Positions 35,286 to 49,580 of a DNA stretch of 64,000 nt are shown here, in pieces. The notes beneath the pieces are model-generated. The model was given only the letters and a program-made list of their open reading frames with translations. It was not told the DNA's origin and searched no databases. The first letter of the stretch is position 1. Each line of letters starts with the position of its first letter. Made by a program: the position numbers and the translations under genes. The DNA lies in assembly GCF_006345805.1 (NCBI RefSeq), contig NC_043023.1, forward strand, positions 14,632,001 through 14,696,000, written 5' to 3'. This DNA is from Octopus sinensis (Eukaryota).

Positions 35286-37621
35286 TGCCATGCTTGAGAT
35301 GACCCATCAAGCCAAGTAAAATCGCATTCATTAGCATATACTGGTGTCCCGTACATGGCACACAAAAGCACCCATTAAACTCTCTTTGTGGTTGGTGCTT
35401 GGAAGGGCATCCAGCTGTAGAAACCATACCAAATCAGACTGGAGTTTGGTGCAGCTTGCCAGCCCTGGTTGAACCGTCCAACTCATGCCAGCATAGACAA
35501 CGGATGTTAAATGATGATGATGATGATATAAAAGTTTGGTTTGCTTTGAGATTATCATTTCATTAAAAAATAACAGTAATATTGAAAGATTTATAGAGTT
35601 ATCTCCCATAAGTATTTAACAGTGCCGCTGTTCAAGGAAGTAAGATATAAATAGATCTTATATCTTTTACTTGTTTCAGTCATTTGACTGTGGCCATGTT
35701 GCGGCATCACCTTGAATGGTTTTAGCGGAATAAATCAACCACAGGACTTATTTTCTGTTAGCCTAGTACTCATTCTTTCAGTTGTTTTTGTTGAGCTGCT
35801 AAGTTACAGGGACATAAGCACACCAACACCAGTTGTCAAGCAGTGGTAGTGGACAAACACAAACCCACACATCTATATGCGGCAAGCTTCTTTCAGTTTC
35901 CGTCTACCAAAGACGCTTGCCTTAAAGTGCCACGCAGTGGGATAGAACCCAGAACCATGTGGTTGAGAAGCAAGCCTCTTTATTTCATTATATTTGCCAT
36001 AAAGGCTGTACATAGAGTAAAGTAGCTTTGCGGACTGGACAAGGACATTAATGAAATGAATGATAATGAAAGAAAGATGATAAGGATGGGAGAAGACAAA
36101 AAGCGCCTGCCGACTTCTGCTTCTCTAAAACATTGTTCTTTAAAACCAAAAACAAAACGGGATATTAAATCCCTTACAACTTTTCAATTTTTGGACTTAA
36201 CAATCCATTACAAACAACAACATAGTCATACCTGAGTCTTCTTTATCTTTTGTTTCTTATAAGAGAGGGTGCTGAAATGTTCTTGGTTTTTTAGTAAAAG
36301 AAAATACAGAAGGGTCCGTTTATTATGATTTTTTTCCAAAATATTCCCCTCTTGGATTCACACATTGTAGTGGTCCTTCAGTTTTTCTAAGCCTTGAAAA
36401 TTAACTTGGAAGGTTGGGCTTCCAACCAGGCCTTTCACAATACCCTTAAAGCCAAAAACTTGTGTGTGTGCATATATATGTGCCGGTGACATGTAAAAAG
36501 CACCCACTACACTCACGGAGTGGTTGGCGTTAGGAAGGGCATCCAGGTGTAGAAACACTGCCAGATCAAGACTGGAGCCTGGTGCAGCCTCCTGGCTTCC
36601 CAGACCCCAGTCGAACCGTCCAACCCATGCTAGCAGGGAAAGTGGATGTTAAACGATGATGGTGATTGTTGTTGTTTGTTCCTTCTCGAGCCACACCTGG
36701 CTCATAAGGGCCGTTCTCCTTGGCATATAGGTTCCCCACCTGGACAGGATGCTGGTCTGTCACAGGTGAGCTGCAAGATGCAAGAGGTAAAAATGAGAGA
36801 AAGTTGCAGCGAAAGAGTCAGCAGAAGTTGGCCATTACCTTCTGCCAGAGTCGCGTGGAGCTTAGGTGTTTCACACATAAACACACACATAGCCCAGTCT
36901 AAGATTCAAACCCATGACCACGAGTCCGCTGCTCTAACCACTAGGCCATGTGCCTCCACACACACATATGTGTGTGCGTTTGTATCTGTATTGAAGATAA
37001 TGCTATAAAAAGGCAAAGAGTACTCAATACTTGTCAAAACTGTGGAATATATTTTATTTTGTTTTGGATTTAGTGCTAGTCTCTTCTCGTAGCTTCACGT
37101 TCCTGATCCTCAAGTAATTACTTTGAAAGAAAGAAAAAAAACCCACCCTTTATAAAATATATAAATGCGTAGAAAGTAATAGATAGGTGAAGTTAATTTG
37201 ACAGACAGATCTTAATATATTTATATATATATGTGTGTGTGTCTGTGAGTCCATCTCTCTGTTATTTTGTTCTTTCTATCTTGTGTTTTTCTTCATTCTT
37301 TTGTAATAGTTTAGCTATGGTGTACACACCTACATTTATTTACCTACATATTTATTTGCATTATCCAGACACGAACATTTACGCGTGTATATATATATAT
37401 ATATATTATTATATACACACACATACACACAGTAGAATTTAGAGACAATCCACTATTTAGTTATTCAATCAATACTGAAAAGATATTATCTATAATACCC
37501 ACATAGAAATTAATTAAATATATATTATAATTATTAATCTAAAAATCATAAAACAAATCAAACATTAAATCGACTACGAGCATTTCATGACTATATATAT
37601 AAATCGATTTTGTCTCTAAAT

Positions 37622-37656
<35 letters not shown>

Positions 37657-38058
37657 CATCATCGTCGTTTAACGTCCATTCTCCATGCTAGCATGGGTTG
37701 GACGGTTCGACCGGGGTTCTGGGAAGCCAGAAGGCTGCACCAGGCTCCAGTCTAATTTGGCAATGTTTCTACAGCTGGATGCCCTTCCTAACGCCAACCA
37801 CTCCGTGAGTGTAGTGGGTGCTTTTTACTGCCACCTGCACAGGTGCCAGGCGGGGCTGGCAACGGCCACGGTCAGATTGGTGTATTTTATGTGCCACCGC
37901 ACGGAAGCCAGTCGAGCGGTGCTGGCATCGGCCACGAGTCGGATAGTGCTTTTTACGTACCACCAGACCATATGAAATATATTGTGAATTTTGATTTAGT
38001 GTGCTAAATTGAATTTTTTTCCCCTGTTGGCTTGGAATTTTTATATTCCCTAACTATT

Positions 38059-38093
<35 letters not shown>

Positions 38094-38310
38094 GGAGGCG
38101 CAATGGCCTAGTGGTTAGGGCAGCGAACTTGCGGTCGGAGGATCGCGGTTTCGATTCCCAGACCGGGCGTTGTGTGTGTTTATTGAGCGAAAAAAACACC
38201 TAAAAGCTCCACGAGGCTCCGGCAGGAGGTGGTGACCCCTGCTGTACTCTTTCACCACTCTAAAGGCGGTGCTCCAGCATGGCCGCAGTCAGATGACTGA
38301 AACAAGTACA

Positions 38311-38344
<34 letters not shown>

Positions 38345-38358
38345 TATGCACATATACA

Positions 38359-38592
38359 TAGGGTTGGCCAAAAGTCACCCAACAGTAAATCGAAATTCCA
38401 TAAATACTACCTGTAATTCTGTATTGACCCGAATGGGAAAAATGTGATCCACAAGCAGGACTTCAGTTTGAACCCTTTTCATGATGCTTCATATTTAAGT
38501 GCTTTTGTTAAATTCACTCAGTTGTTAAACATAAATAAATCTTGGAAATAAATGCTTTTGATTTACTGTCAGGGGACTTTTGGCCAACCCTA
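38359..38592. mobile_element. Tc1/mariner-type MITE
   Basis: TA-GGGTTGGCCAAAAGTC.CC..CAGTAAATC...GATTTACTG..GG.GACTTTTGGCCAACCC-TA. Confidence 0.8.
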
Positions 38593-38624
38593 TATATATA
38601 TGTATATATATATGTATGTGTGTG

Positions 38625-38701
<77 letters not shown>

Positions 38702-38715
38702 CCTGTATGTATGTA

Positions 38716-38757
<42 letters not shown>

Positions 38758-39168
38758 CCTGTATGTATGTATGTATGTATGTATGTATGTGTGTATGTAT
38801 GTATGTATGCATGCACACACACACACATTTATTTACACATGCATCCACTTGCACACACACACACATTTAGTTACACATGCATGCACACACACACACATTT
38901 AGTTACACATGCATGCACACACACACACATTTATTTACACATGCATACACACACACATTAGCTATATTTTTACAATTTCTTCCTCTCTCCTCCAACTGTT
39001 TTACAACCTGTTGTTACTTGTCCCCTACTATCTACTCTGATGTGACCCTTACCATTTATTACATATCCCCCATTATCTACTGCGATGTGTCCCCTCTTGT
39101 CCCTACTGTATGTTATAATGTACCCAGCCCCTGATCCTGACTCTCCATTTGTGACTCCTTTCTAATGA

Positions 39169-39300
<132 letters not shown>

Positions 39301-40173
39301 GGGTACAGTGTCATCCTGCGTGTCAGGGTCTGCCATGTCTTTCCTACATGAGGGGGCCGTCGTCCGGCCCGTCTCTACTACTGCCATAGGACAAGATACC
39401 AAGCCTGTCAACCATGACCTCCCCCACCTCTACAGTCGGCTTTGACTCCCTGATTGACTCACTGAACACTGCAACACAAACCACAACAAACCACCACCAC
39501 AATAACACTACTGCATACACTACAACACTGTGCAGTACCTATACACTGTGACATGACACCACACTACAGCAGTACCTACCAGCTACACTACAACACAAAC
39601 ATGCAACACTAGTACCTATACTGCATTACTTACACTACAGTAGAAACCTCTGCAATGCCAGTACCTGTCACTATACTACTACATAAACCACTACCACAAC
39701 TAACATCACCCCCGTCCCCATTGTACACCATCACAACCACCACTACCACCATCACCACCTCATTACTCAGTTAACATCATCAAAACTACCACCACCACCA
39801 CCACCACAACCACACTCTCCCTGCCACTAACACTAACACTACTACTACTACTAGTACTACTACTACCAACACCACAACCACTACCACGACCACCACCACC
39901 AACAGTGCCAAGTTAGAGAGTCTCTGGTTGAGCCTTCTGCTGCTCTGGGGCAGGTTGAACTTTCTCTCTCTCACATGATGATAAAGTTGATGTAACACCA
40001 TCTCACACTCTCTCTCTCTCTCTCTCTCTCTCTCCCTTCCATCTCCCCCCCACTCTCCCCCCCATCTCTCTCTCCCTCACTCTCTCTTTCTTTTACTCTG
40101 CTTCCTCCTCCCGGCCCCCAAACACTCCCTCCCACCCACCCAACCCACCCCCCACAATTTAGGGGACATTTCA

Positions 40174-40233
40174 AATAAAAGAACAAAATCTTTTTTTTTT
40201 AAAGTAACAAAAAAAAAGAAAAAATGGAATAAA
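40174..40233 (+). promoter_or_regulatory. Candidate CNOT3 polyadenylation signals
   Basis: AATAAA at 40174-40179 and 40228-40233; the second is followed by a U/GU-rich stretch (tgtttcttgtatcgttgtcttatttt), ~0.9 kb after the stop. Confidence 0.5.
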
Positions 40234-40279
40234 ATGTTTAGCGAATGTTTCTTGTATCGTTGTCTTATTTTACTTTATG

Positions 40280-41240
40280 TGGAGGTGCAATGGCCCAGTG
40301 GTTAGGGCAGCGGACTCGCGGTCATAGGATCGCGGTTTCGATTCCCAGACCGGGCGTTGTGAGTGTTTATTGAGCGAAAACACCTAAAAGCTCCACGAGG
40401 CTCCGGCAGGGGATGGTGGTGAACCCTGCTGTACTCTTTCACCACAATTTCCTCACACTCTTACTTCCTGTTTCTGTTGTACCTGTATTTCAAAGGGCCG
40501 GCCTTGTCACTCTCTGTGTCACGCTGAATATCCCCGAGAACTACGTTAAGGGTGCATGTGTCTGTGGATACATATTTAATCAGTGGAGGCGCAATGGCCC
40601 AGTGGTTAGGGCAGCAGACTCGCGGTTTCGATTCCCAGACCGGGCGTTGTGAGTGTTATTGAGCGAAAACACCTAAAAGCTCCACGAGGCTCCGGCAGGG
40701 GATGGTGGTGAACCCTGCTGTACTCTTTCACACCACAATTCCTCACACTCTTTCTTCCTGTTTCTGTTGTACCTGTATTTCAAAGGGCCGGCCTTGTCAC
40801 TCTCTGTGTCACGCTGAATATCCCCGAGAACTACGTTAAGGGTGCATGTGTCTGTGGATACATATTTAATCAGTGGAGGCGCAATGGCCCAGTGGTTAGG
40901 GCAGCAGACTCGCGGTTTCGATTCCCAGACCGGGCGTTGTGATTGTTTATTGAGCGAAAACACCTAAAAGCTCCACGAGGCTCCAGCAGGGGATGGTGGT
41001 GAACCCTGCTGTACTCTTTCACCACAATTTCCTCACACTCTTTCTTCCTGTTTCTGTTGTACCTGTATTTCAAAGGGCCAGCCTTGTCACACTCTGTGTC
41101 ACGCTGAATATCCCCGAGAACTACGTTAAGGGTACACGTGTCTGTGGAGTGCTCAGCCACTTACACGTTAATTTCATGAACAGGCTGTTCCGTTGATCGT
41201 ATCAGCTGGGACCCTCATCGTCGTAACCGACGGAGTGCTC
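40280..41240 (+). mobile_element. Three tandem copies of a tRNA-derived SINE (family D); first two 3'-truncated
   Basis: Heads tggagg.gcaatggcccagtggttagggcagc at 40280, 40584, 40874 (B box ggtttcgattccc); another copy at ~38095. Confidence 0.85.
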
Positions 41241-43882
41241 CTACTATTTTACTTTCTCTGTGATTATAGGCGCAGGAGTGGCAGTGTGGTAAGTAGCTTG
41301 CTAACCAACCACATGGCTCCGGGTTCAGTCCCACTGCATGGCACCTTGGGCAAGTGTCTTCTACTATAGCCTCAGGCCGACCAATGCCTTGTGAGAGGAT
41401 TTGGTAGACGGAAACTGAAAGAAGCCCGTCGTATATATGTATATATATGTATGCGTGTGTGTGTTTGTCCCCTAGCATTGCTTGACAACCGATGCTGGTG
41501 TGTTTATGTCCCCGTCACTTAACGGTTCGGCAAAAGAGACCGATAGAATAAGTACTGAGCTTACAAAAGAATAAGTCCCGGGGTCGAGTTGCTCGACTAA
41601 AGGCGGTGCTCCAGCATGGCCATAGTCAAATGACTGAAACAAGTAAAAAGAGAAAAAAAAAGAGTATCTCTCTCGCTCATGATCGTATGGTTGCGAGTTC
41701 AATTCCTAGCGGCGTGTCGTGTTGCTCCAATTCATTCATTTGGTTCTAGAGCGGTGAGGCACTCAATTATCACCTGAGGTTTTTCAATAAGTTGAGACAA
41801 ATCATCATCATCATCATCATTTAACGTCTGCTTTCCCTGCTAGCATGGGTTGGCGAACCAGATGGCTGCACCAGACTCCACCGAGGTGAACTTAGCCTTT
41901 CAGCCTTTTGGGATTGATAAAATAAGTACCAGTCATGTACTGGTGTTGATGCAATCGACTTAGTCCTTCCTCTGAAGTTGCTGGCCTTGTGCCGAAATTT
42001 GAAACCAGTATTCATAATTCTTTTATTTGTTTCAGTTATTTGACTGTGGCCATGTTGGAGCACCGCCTTTAGTTGCACAAATCAACCCCAGGACTTATTC
42101 TTTGTAAGCCTAGTACTTATTCTATTGGCCACTTTTGCTGAACTATTACATTACAGGGATGTAAACACACTAGCATTGGTTGTCAAGCGATGTTGGGAGG
42201 GGGACAAACAGAGACACACACACACACATATATATATGTGTTTGTATGTGTGTGTATATATATATTTATATATATCATCATCATCGTTTAACGTCTGCTT
42301 TCCATGCTAGAATGGGTTGGACGATTTGACTGAGATCTGGTGAACCAGATGGCCGCACCAGACTTCAATCTGATCTGGCAAAGTTTCTACAGCTGGATGC
42401 CCTTCCTAACGCCAACCACTCCGAGAGTGTAGTGGGTGCTTTTACGTGCCACCGGCACGAGGGCCAGTCAGGCGGTACTGGCAACGGCCACGCTCAAATG
42501 GTGCTTTTTATGTACCTATTCCTTTATTACCCACAAGGGGCTAAACACGGAGCGGACAAACAAGGACAGACATAGGTATTAAGTCGATTACATCGACCCC
42601 AGTGCGTAACTGGTTCTTAATTTATCGACCCCAAAAGGATGAAAGGCAAAGTCGACCTCGGCGGAATTTGAACTCACAACATGATGCAGACGAAATACCG
42701 CTAAGCATTTCGCCCGGCGTGCTAATGTTTCTGCCAGCTTGCCGCCTTTGTGCTTTTTAGGTGCCACCTGCACAGGAGCCAGTCCAGCGGCACTGGCAAC
42801 GACCTTGTTCAAATGTTTTTTCACGTGCCACCAGCACAAGTGCCAGTAAGGCGAAGCAGAGCCCTAAGAAATTCAGAAGGTTGAATAAAATAATAATAGT
42901 CTATAATATAAATAGGACATGGGCGATCGTTGTATTCTTTCTTGTCTTGAGGTTCACAGCCAAACGGCTGGGTGGATTTGCATGGAAAATGGCACACATG
43001 TGACACACAGGTGCATAGATTGGAATGCGGTTTGTATTTTTTTCCTAACCCCCATACTTACCAAGAAAATTGATTAAAACCTTTTCTAATGGAATTCCCC
43101 TGTTTTTTCCAGCATTAAAACAACCAGTTGCTCACACAGCCGCCATATACCATTTCGCTAGCAACAAGGGGAGTACAGGATGACAGTCAGCCAAAACTTT
43201 AGCTATGCTGTCTCTCTTCTTCTCTCTCACATACACACACACGCATCCATTTCAAATCAATTTTTTAATGATTAGACAGAGGTCCAATAGAATAGCTCTC
43301 AGAAACAGACTACGTACAAATTCTTTCTTCACAACTGAAGCTGTTTTCTGACTAGGGGGAGGCTCCAAAACAGGGGACCTGAAATGATAAGGTTGAGAAA
43401 CACTGTTATAGATTATGTCTAAACGAAAACGATTATAGCCACATCATCCAAACAGACCGGTTGAAACCAGGCTTAGCTGCTAGTTTATTATAAAAGGAAT
43501 CCATGAAAGAAGTAAATTGAAACTTGTCAACATGTTGAATAAAACATTAAGAAATATGGTTTAATGGTGTTTAAGGTTAACAGAAGAAATGTCCAGAGTT
43601 GTTTTCAAATGGTGTGTGTACTCCGTCAGTTATGACAACGAGGGTCTCAGCTGATACGATAAACAGAACAGTTTTTTTTTTTTTTTTTTTTTTTTACTTG
43701 TTTCAGTCAATTTGACTGCGGCCATGCTGGAGCACCGCCTTTAATCGAGCAACTCGAACCCAGAGCTTATTCTTTGTAAGTCCAGTACTTATTCTATCGG
43801 TCTCTTTTGCCAAACCGCTAAGTGACGGGGACATAAACACACCAGCATCAGTTATCAAGCAATGCTAGGGGGACAAACACAG

Positions 43883-43927
<45 letters not shown>

Positions 43928-44902
43928 TATAACGGGCTTCTTTCAGTTTCCGTCTACCAAATCCACTCACAAGGCTTTGGTCGGCCCGAGGCTATAGTAG
44001 AAGACACTTGCCCAAGGTGCCACGCAGTGGGACTGAACCCGGAACCATGTGGTTGGTAAACAAACTCATGAAATTAACGTGGCTGAGCGCTCCACAGGCA
44101 TGTATAATCTTAATGTAGTTCTCAGGGTGATTCAGCGTGACACAGAGTGTAGCAAGGCTGGCCCTTTGAAATACAGGTACCACTCATTTTTGCCAGCTGA
44201 GTGGCCTGGAGCAACATGAAAATAAAGTGTCTTACTCAAGAACACAATGCTTCGCCAGGAATTGAACCCATGATCTTATGATTGTGAACTGAATGCCTTA
44301 ACCACTAAGCCACACGCCTTCACAAAATATACACTCTCTTTACTCTTCTACTTGTTTCAGTCATTTGACTACGGCCATGCTGGAGCACCACCTTTAGTCG
44401 AGCAAATTGACCCCAGGACTTATTCTTTGTAAGCCCAGTACTTATTCTATTGATCACTTTTGCCGAACTGCTAAGTGACTGGGATGTAAACACACCAGCA
44501 TCGGTTGTCAAGCAATGCTAGGGGGACAAACACACACACACATATATATATATATATCACCAGGAACGCCTGAAATCTTAAACAGTCCCAGTTAGGCTTT
44601 CGAGGTGAGAAGACTTACCTGCTATGTCCCCGACTGAACTCACAACCACATGGAACTTTTCTAAGGGACTTCTTTTAGTTTCCGTCTACCAAATCCACTC
44701 CAGGCATTGGTCAGCCCGGGGCTATAGCAGAAGACACTTGCCCAAGATGCCACGCAGTGGGACTGAACCCGGAACCATGTGGTTGGTAAGCAAGCTACTT
44801 ACCACACAGCCACTCTTGCGCCTATAGTATTTTACAAGGATAAGAATCAGAAACATGGTAAATGCCTGAACAGTTATGTAATCCAATAAGTTTTAGAATG
44901 TA

Positions 44903-45694
44903 TTGGCTTGTCCGGAAAGTACGTGCCGATTTTTAAAGGAAAGAAAAAGGTCAATAAATACTTGCCATTACATTTGTGATCAACCAAATATGAACCATTT
45001 TGTTGCACAATGTGTCTCCATCTTTCCTTTAACTTGAAAATACCCCCTTCCCAGAATTGAAGTGGTTTCATGGCAAAGAATTCATCAAGGTATCTTTTTA
45101 CGTCATCCAAGGAATTGAAATTTTTACCATTAAGACTATTCTGCAGAGACCTGAATAAGTGGAAATCTGAAGGAGCAATATCTGGTGAATATGGAGGGTG
45201 GGGTAACACATCCCTGCCAAGCTGCAGCAATTTTTGTCTGGTTCCCAAAGCATCAAGTGCTGAAAATGAACTTTCTTATCTTCCATTTTAAAGGGTTACA
45301 GAATTAACACAGGTTATAGGAACATAAACCTTCTTCCTTGAAAAGATAGCTTAACCCTTTAGTGTTCGCATTATTCTGCCAAAATTAATCCTTTTTCATC
45401 CACATTGCCTTGAACTAATCAGGCATTATCTTGGTGCTATGATATTTTGATGAGGTAGCTGTTAATTTTTGAAACAACATTGTAGGGTTGGTGTGAGAGA
45501 CCAGATCTGGCCAGTTTGACCATAAAACAGGCAGAATACTTTTGGCCGGATATGGGCCAGTTTAAATGCTAAAGGGTTAAACTGTGCTCTAAATGGAGGT
45601 GTAGTCAAATCCTATTTTATGAACTCAACCATGTTTTAAAATATGTTGAAAGGTAAGCAGCTATAAATCGGCATGAACTTTCCGGACAACCCAA
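44903..45694 (-). mobile_element. Internally deleted mariner (DD34D) transposon, interrupted by a piggyBac MITE
   Basis: ~30-bp TIRs TTGG.TTGTCCGGAAAGT.C.TGCCGATTT flanked by TA; transposase C-terminus HPPYSPDIAPSDFHLFRSLQ...GIFKL.ERW. Confidence 0.93.
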
Positions 45695-47403
45695 TACATC
45701 CCTTAGAAAAGTTCCATGTGATTGTGAGTTCAGTCGGGGACATAGCAGGTAAGTCTTCTCACCTCGAAAGCCTAACTGGGACTTTAAGATTTCAGGCGTT
45801 CCTGGTGACAAAGTGACAGTGTATTTATACAAGGGTCGAACGACCTCTGTGCTAACCAAGTCACATATACATAGATACACCATCCAAGAATTTGGACCTG
45901 GAGATCTCCATTTCCAGCGACTTCGAGGGCCACCTTCCAGTGGTATCAGGCGTCAATGAAGAGCCCTTGACTACAAGACAACCAATTAGTAGTCATTCAA
46001 GAGGGGCCAACCATGTCACATTCTGTGTCACACTGAATCTTCCTGAGAATTAAATTAAGGGTCCACATGTCTGTGGAGTGCTCATAGGCATAGGAGTGGC
46101 TGTGTGGTAAGTAGCTTGCTTACCAACCACATGGTTCCAGGTTCAGTCCCACTGCATGGCATCTTGGGCAAATGTCTTCTACTATAGCCTCAGGCCGACC
46201 AAAGCCTTGTGAGTGGATTTGGTAGACGGAAACTGAAAGAAGCCTGTCGTATATATGTATATATATGTATATGTATTTATGTGTATATGTTTGTGTATCT
46301 GTGTTTTTTCAAGGTCTGGGGTCTCCTGCCCCTAAGCCCTAGACCATCACCTAATCATCCTTAACCCGTCTTGTTGCTTAACAACAACTACAAAGATAAT
46401 GTTCTGCCAAAGTGAAATAGTTCTCCTACAGTTCAAACTAGTTGTACATCATCATCATCATCATTGTTTAACGTCTGCTTTCCATGCTGGCATGGGTTGG
46501 ACGATTTGACTGAGGTCTGGTGAACCAGATGGCTGCACCAGGCTCCAATCTTGATCTGGCAGAGTTTCTACAGGTGGATGCCCTTCCTAGCGCCAACCAC
46601 TCCGAGAGTGTAGTGGGTGCTTTTACGTGCTACCAGCACAGGGGCCAGTCAGGCAGTACTGGCAACGGCCACGCTGAACTAGTGCTTTTTATGTGCCACT
46701 TGCCCAGGAGCCAGTCCAGCAGCACTGGCAATGACCTCGCTTGAATGGTTTTTCACGTGCCACCAGCACAAGAGCTAGTTAGGCGATGCAGGTAACAATC
46801 ATGCTCAAATAGTGGACTTTACGTGCCACCGGCATGGAGGCCAATTAGCTGCTTTGGCAATGATCACACTGATATGGTACTCTTAGCGCTCCACTAGCAC
46901 GGATGCTAGTCATCGAATCTGATTTCAATTTCAATTTAAAATTCGATGACTGGCATCCGTTGCTAGTGGAGCGCTAAGAGCACCATCCAAGCGTGATCGT
47001 TGCCAGAGCAACAAGCTGGTCTCCATGCCAGTGGCACGTAGAATCTGTTGTCCAAGCTGTCATGTGATGGACGGTGTGACTGAGGACTGGCAAACCAGAT
47101 GGCTGCACCAGATTCCAGTCTGATTTGCATGGTTTCTACGGCTGGATGCCCTTCCTAATGCCAACCACTCCAAGAGTGTAGTGGCTCCTTTTACATGGCG
47201 CTGTGCAGACACTTATGTGGAACTGCATGGGCACTTTTATGTGACACTGTGCAGGCACTTTTACGTGACACTACCAGAAGAATTGGTACCTGTATTTAAC
47301 AGGACCAGCCTTGTTACATTCTATGTCACTGAATCTCTCTCAGAACTATGTTGAGGGTATGCATGATGTCTGTGGAGTACTCAGGCACTTGCATGTTAAT
47401 TTC

Positions 47404-47503
47404 NNNNNNNNNNNNNNNNNNNNNNNNNNNNNNNNNNNNNNNNNNNNNNNNNNNNNNNNNNNNNNNNNNNNNNNNNNNNNNNNNNNNNNNNNNNNNNNNN
47501 NNN
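47404..47503. other. Assembly gap (100 N)
   Basis: Run of exactly 100 N. Confidence 1.
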
Positions 47504-47569
47504 ATTTTTCCCTGTAAGTTTGGATATACTCCCTACTATTATTTATATATATTATATATTAATGTATGT

Positions 47570-47600
<31 letters not shown>

Positions 47601-48394
47601 TCTGTTGTGTCTGGGAAGAGTCGTTTTCTTTTTGTGCCTTCTAATGTAACACACTCACCGGTAAAATTTCCTCTTATTTCTTATTTTTTATTTTCCAAAT
47701 ATTTTCGTCTCGCAACCTTTTCAATAGTTTTGACTCTGTCTGTTATTTACACTGCGTTCCCTTTTGTTTGTTTGTGTGCATGTGTGTGGGTCAGTGTGTG
47801 TGGGTCAGTGTGTGTGGGTCAGTGTGTGTGGGTCAGTGTGTGTGGGTCAGTGTGTGTGGGTCAGTGTGTGTGGGTCAGTGTGTGTGGGTCAGTGTGTGTG
47901 TGTGTATGTGTGTATGCCTATGCATGCATGTATGCATGCATGTGTGTATGTATATATGTGTGTGTATGCATATGTATGTATGCATATATGTGTGTGTGTG
48001 TATATGTATGTATGTATCCTGCATATTTATGTGCTTGCATGTCCGAGTTTGTGTATTTCCTATGTATGTGTATGTAAGCGTGTGTTTGTATATGTATGCC
48101 CCTCTGTCTCCTTGTGTGTGCATTTCTGAGTGTGTGAATGTGTTTTGCAACTATGTACCATGTCTGTATGTATGGATGTGCATCTCCATATATCTGTAGA
48201 CACGTGTCTCCATATATGTCCTTGTGTGAAGTAAAGTGTGTGTGTATATATATGATCATGTGTTTCAGTGTCCATTTGCGTATGTGTGCTTGTCTGTTCT
48301 TGTAACCTATGTACCTATTCGTCTGTAAGTTGATCTCTTTATTTTCATATCTATATGCTTACATACATGTGCATATATATACATATTATAATAT

Positions 48395-48432
<38 letters not shown>

Positions 48433-48438
<6 letters not shown>

Positions 48439-48740
48439 CAAAATAAGCAACAAGTATATCCAAGGTAGAGTAGTACAATCGTTCATGCTACTTCATTTTA
48501 TTAAAACTGTAAGTATTACATCAGTTTTAAAATATCAAGCAATCTTCAGCCACATATAGAATTTTTTTATTAAACGGACAATGCACATTCTTATCCCTAT
48601 GTGCATTGTCTGTTTAAGTGGCTGAAGATTGCTCGACATTTTAAAACTGATGTAATACTTACAGTGTTTAATAAAATTAAGTAGCATGAAACGATTGTAC
48701 TACTCTACCTTGGATATACTTGTTGCTTATTTTGATTATA
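48433..48740. ncRNA. 308-bp fold-back element with a hammerhead motif in each arm
   Basis: + arm 48617-48704: AGUGG-CUGAAGA-long helix II-GAAAC-GAUU-GUA-CUACU (U-U at 10.1/11.1); - arm 48469-48553 is the same but reads GAAC. Confidence 0.7.
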
Positions 48741-48833
48741 ATCACCTCATTTGATCTATATGGATAATACCAAACAAAATTGCTGGTGCCTTTAACTTAA
48801 GTACCATATTCATCTGAATCTAAATTTGCTGAA

Positions 48834-48882
<49 letters not shown>

Positions 48883-48891
48883 TATATTAGA

Positions 48892-49516
48892 TACAAAATT
48901 AGAGAATGGAGAACCTACTTAAATCAATAAAACATCAACTATCAGATGATACCCAATCAATACTTTAATACACCATTACATATCAGTAAAGGCATTATAC
49001 AAAATATACAGTAGAGTAAATAGCAAAGAGATATAAGTAAAATTTCAAATATAATATGTAATTAAATCAAATCTGACAGCTGTTTCGGCAGTGAGGGCAG
49101 TCATACCTCATTTAACCTATAAGCCATAAAGGCAGGTATAAATGATGCATTAACAAGGAGGCCCCACGGCCTCTTCAGAGAATTAAATAATTGGTTTATA
49201 ATTGTGAAAAATATTATTTAACCATATATATATAAATATAAAAATATAAAAATGTAAAATATAAAATTAATACATCATAATGCTACACTTATATAATATA
49301 ATACTCATTGGTACATAATGGAAGGTAAACAGAACAAAATAAAACAAAATATATATCAGTGTATATATTAATATTAATAAGCACCGATATTATACATATT
49401 TGGCTAATAGTTTTTAAAAAAAACTAACACATAGGGAGATGAAAAATAATAATTAAAACCATGGTTCAGTTCATAAAATTATAAAGCTATAAAAGTTAAT
49501 AAAAATTACTATTAAT

Positions 49517-49580
<64 letters not shown>

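Noticed and set aside
40280-40360. tRNA genes at SINE heads (also 38095, 41268, 54188, 17830-17890)
   Set aside because: A/B boxes are present but the cloverleaf acceptor stems are not, and each continues into a SINE body
44874-45248. Functional transposase gene
   Set aside because: Only the C-terminal third remains, with a frameshift upstream and a MITE insertion
47404-47503. Continuity of features across 47.4-47.5 kb
   Set aside because: 100-N placeholder gap of unknown true size; distances across it, including CNOT3 to the ribozyme cluster, are unreliable
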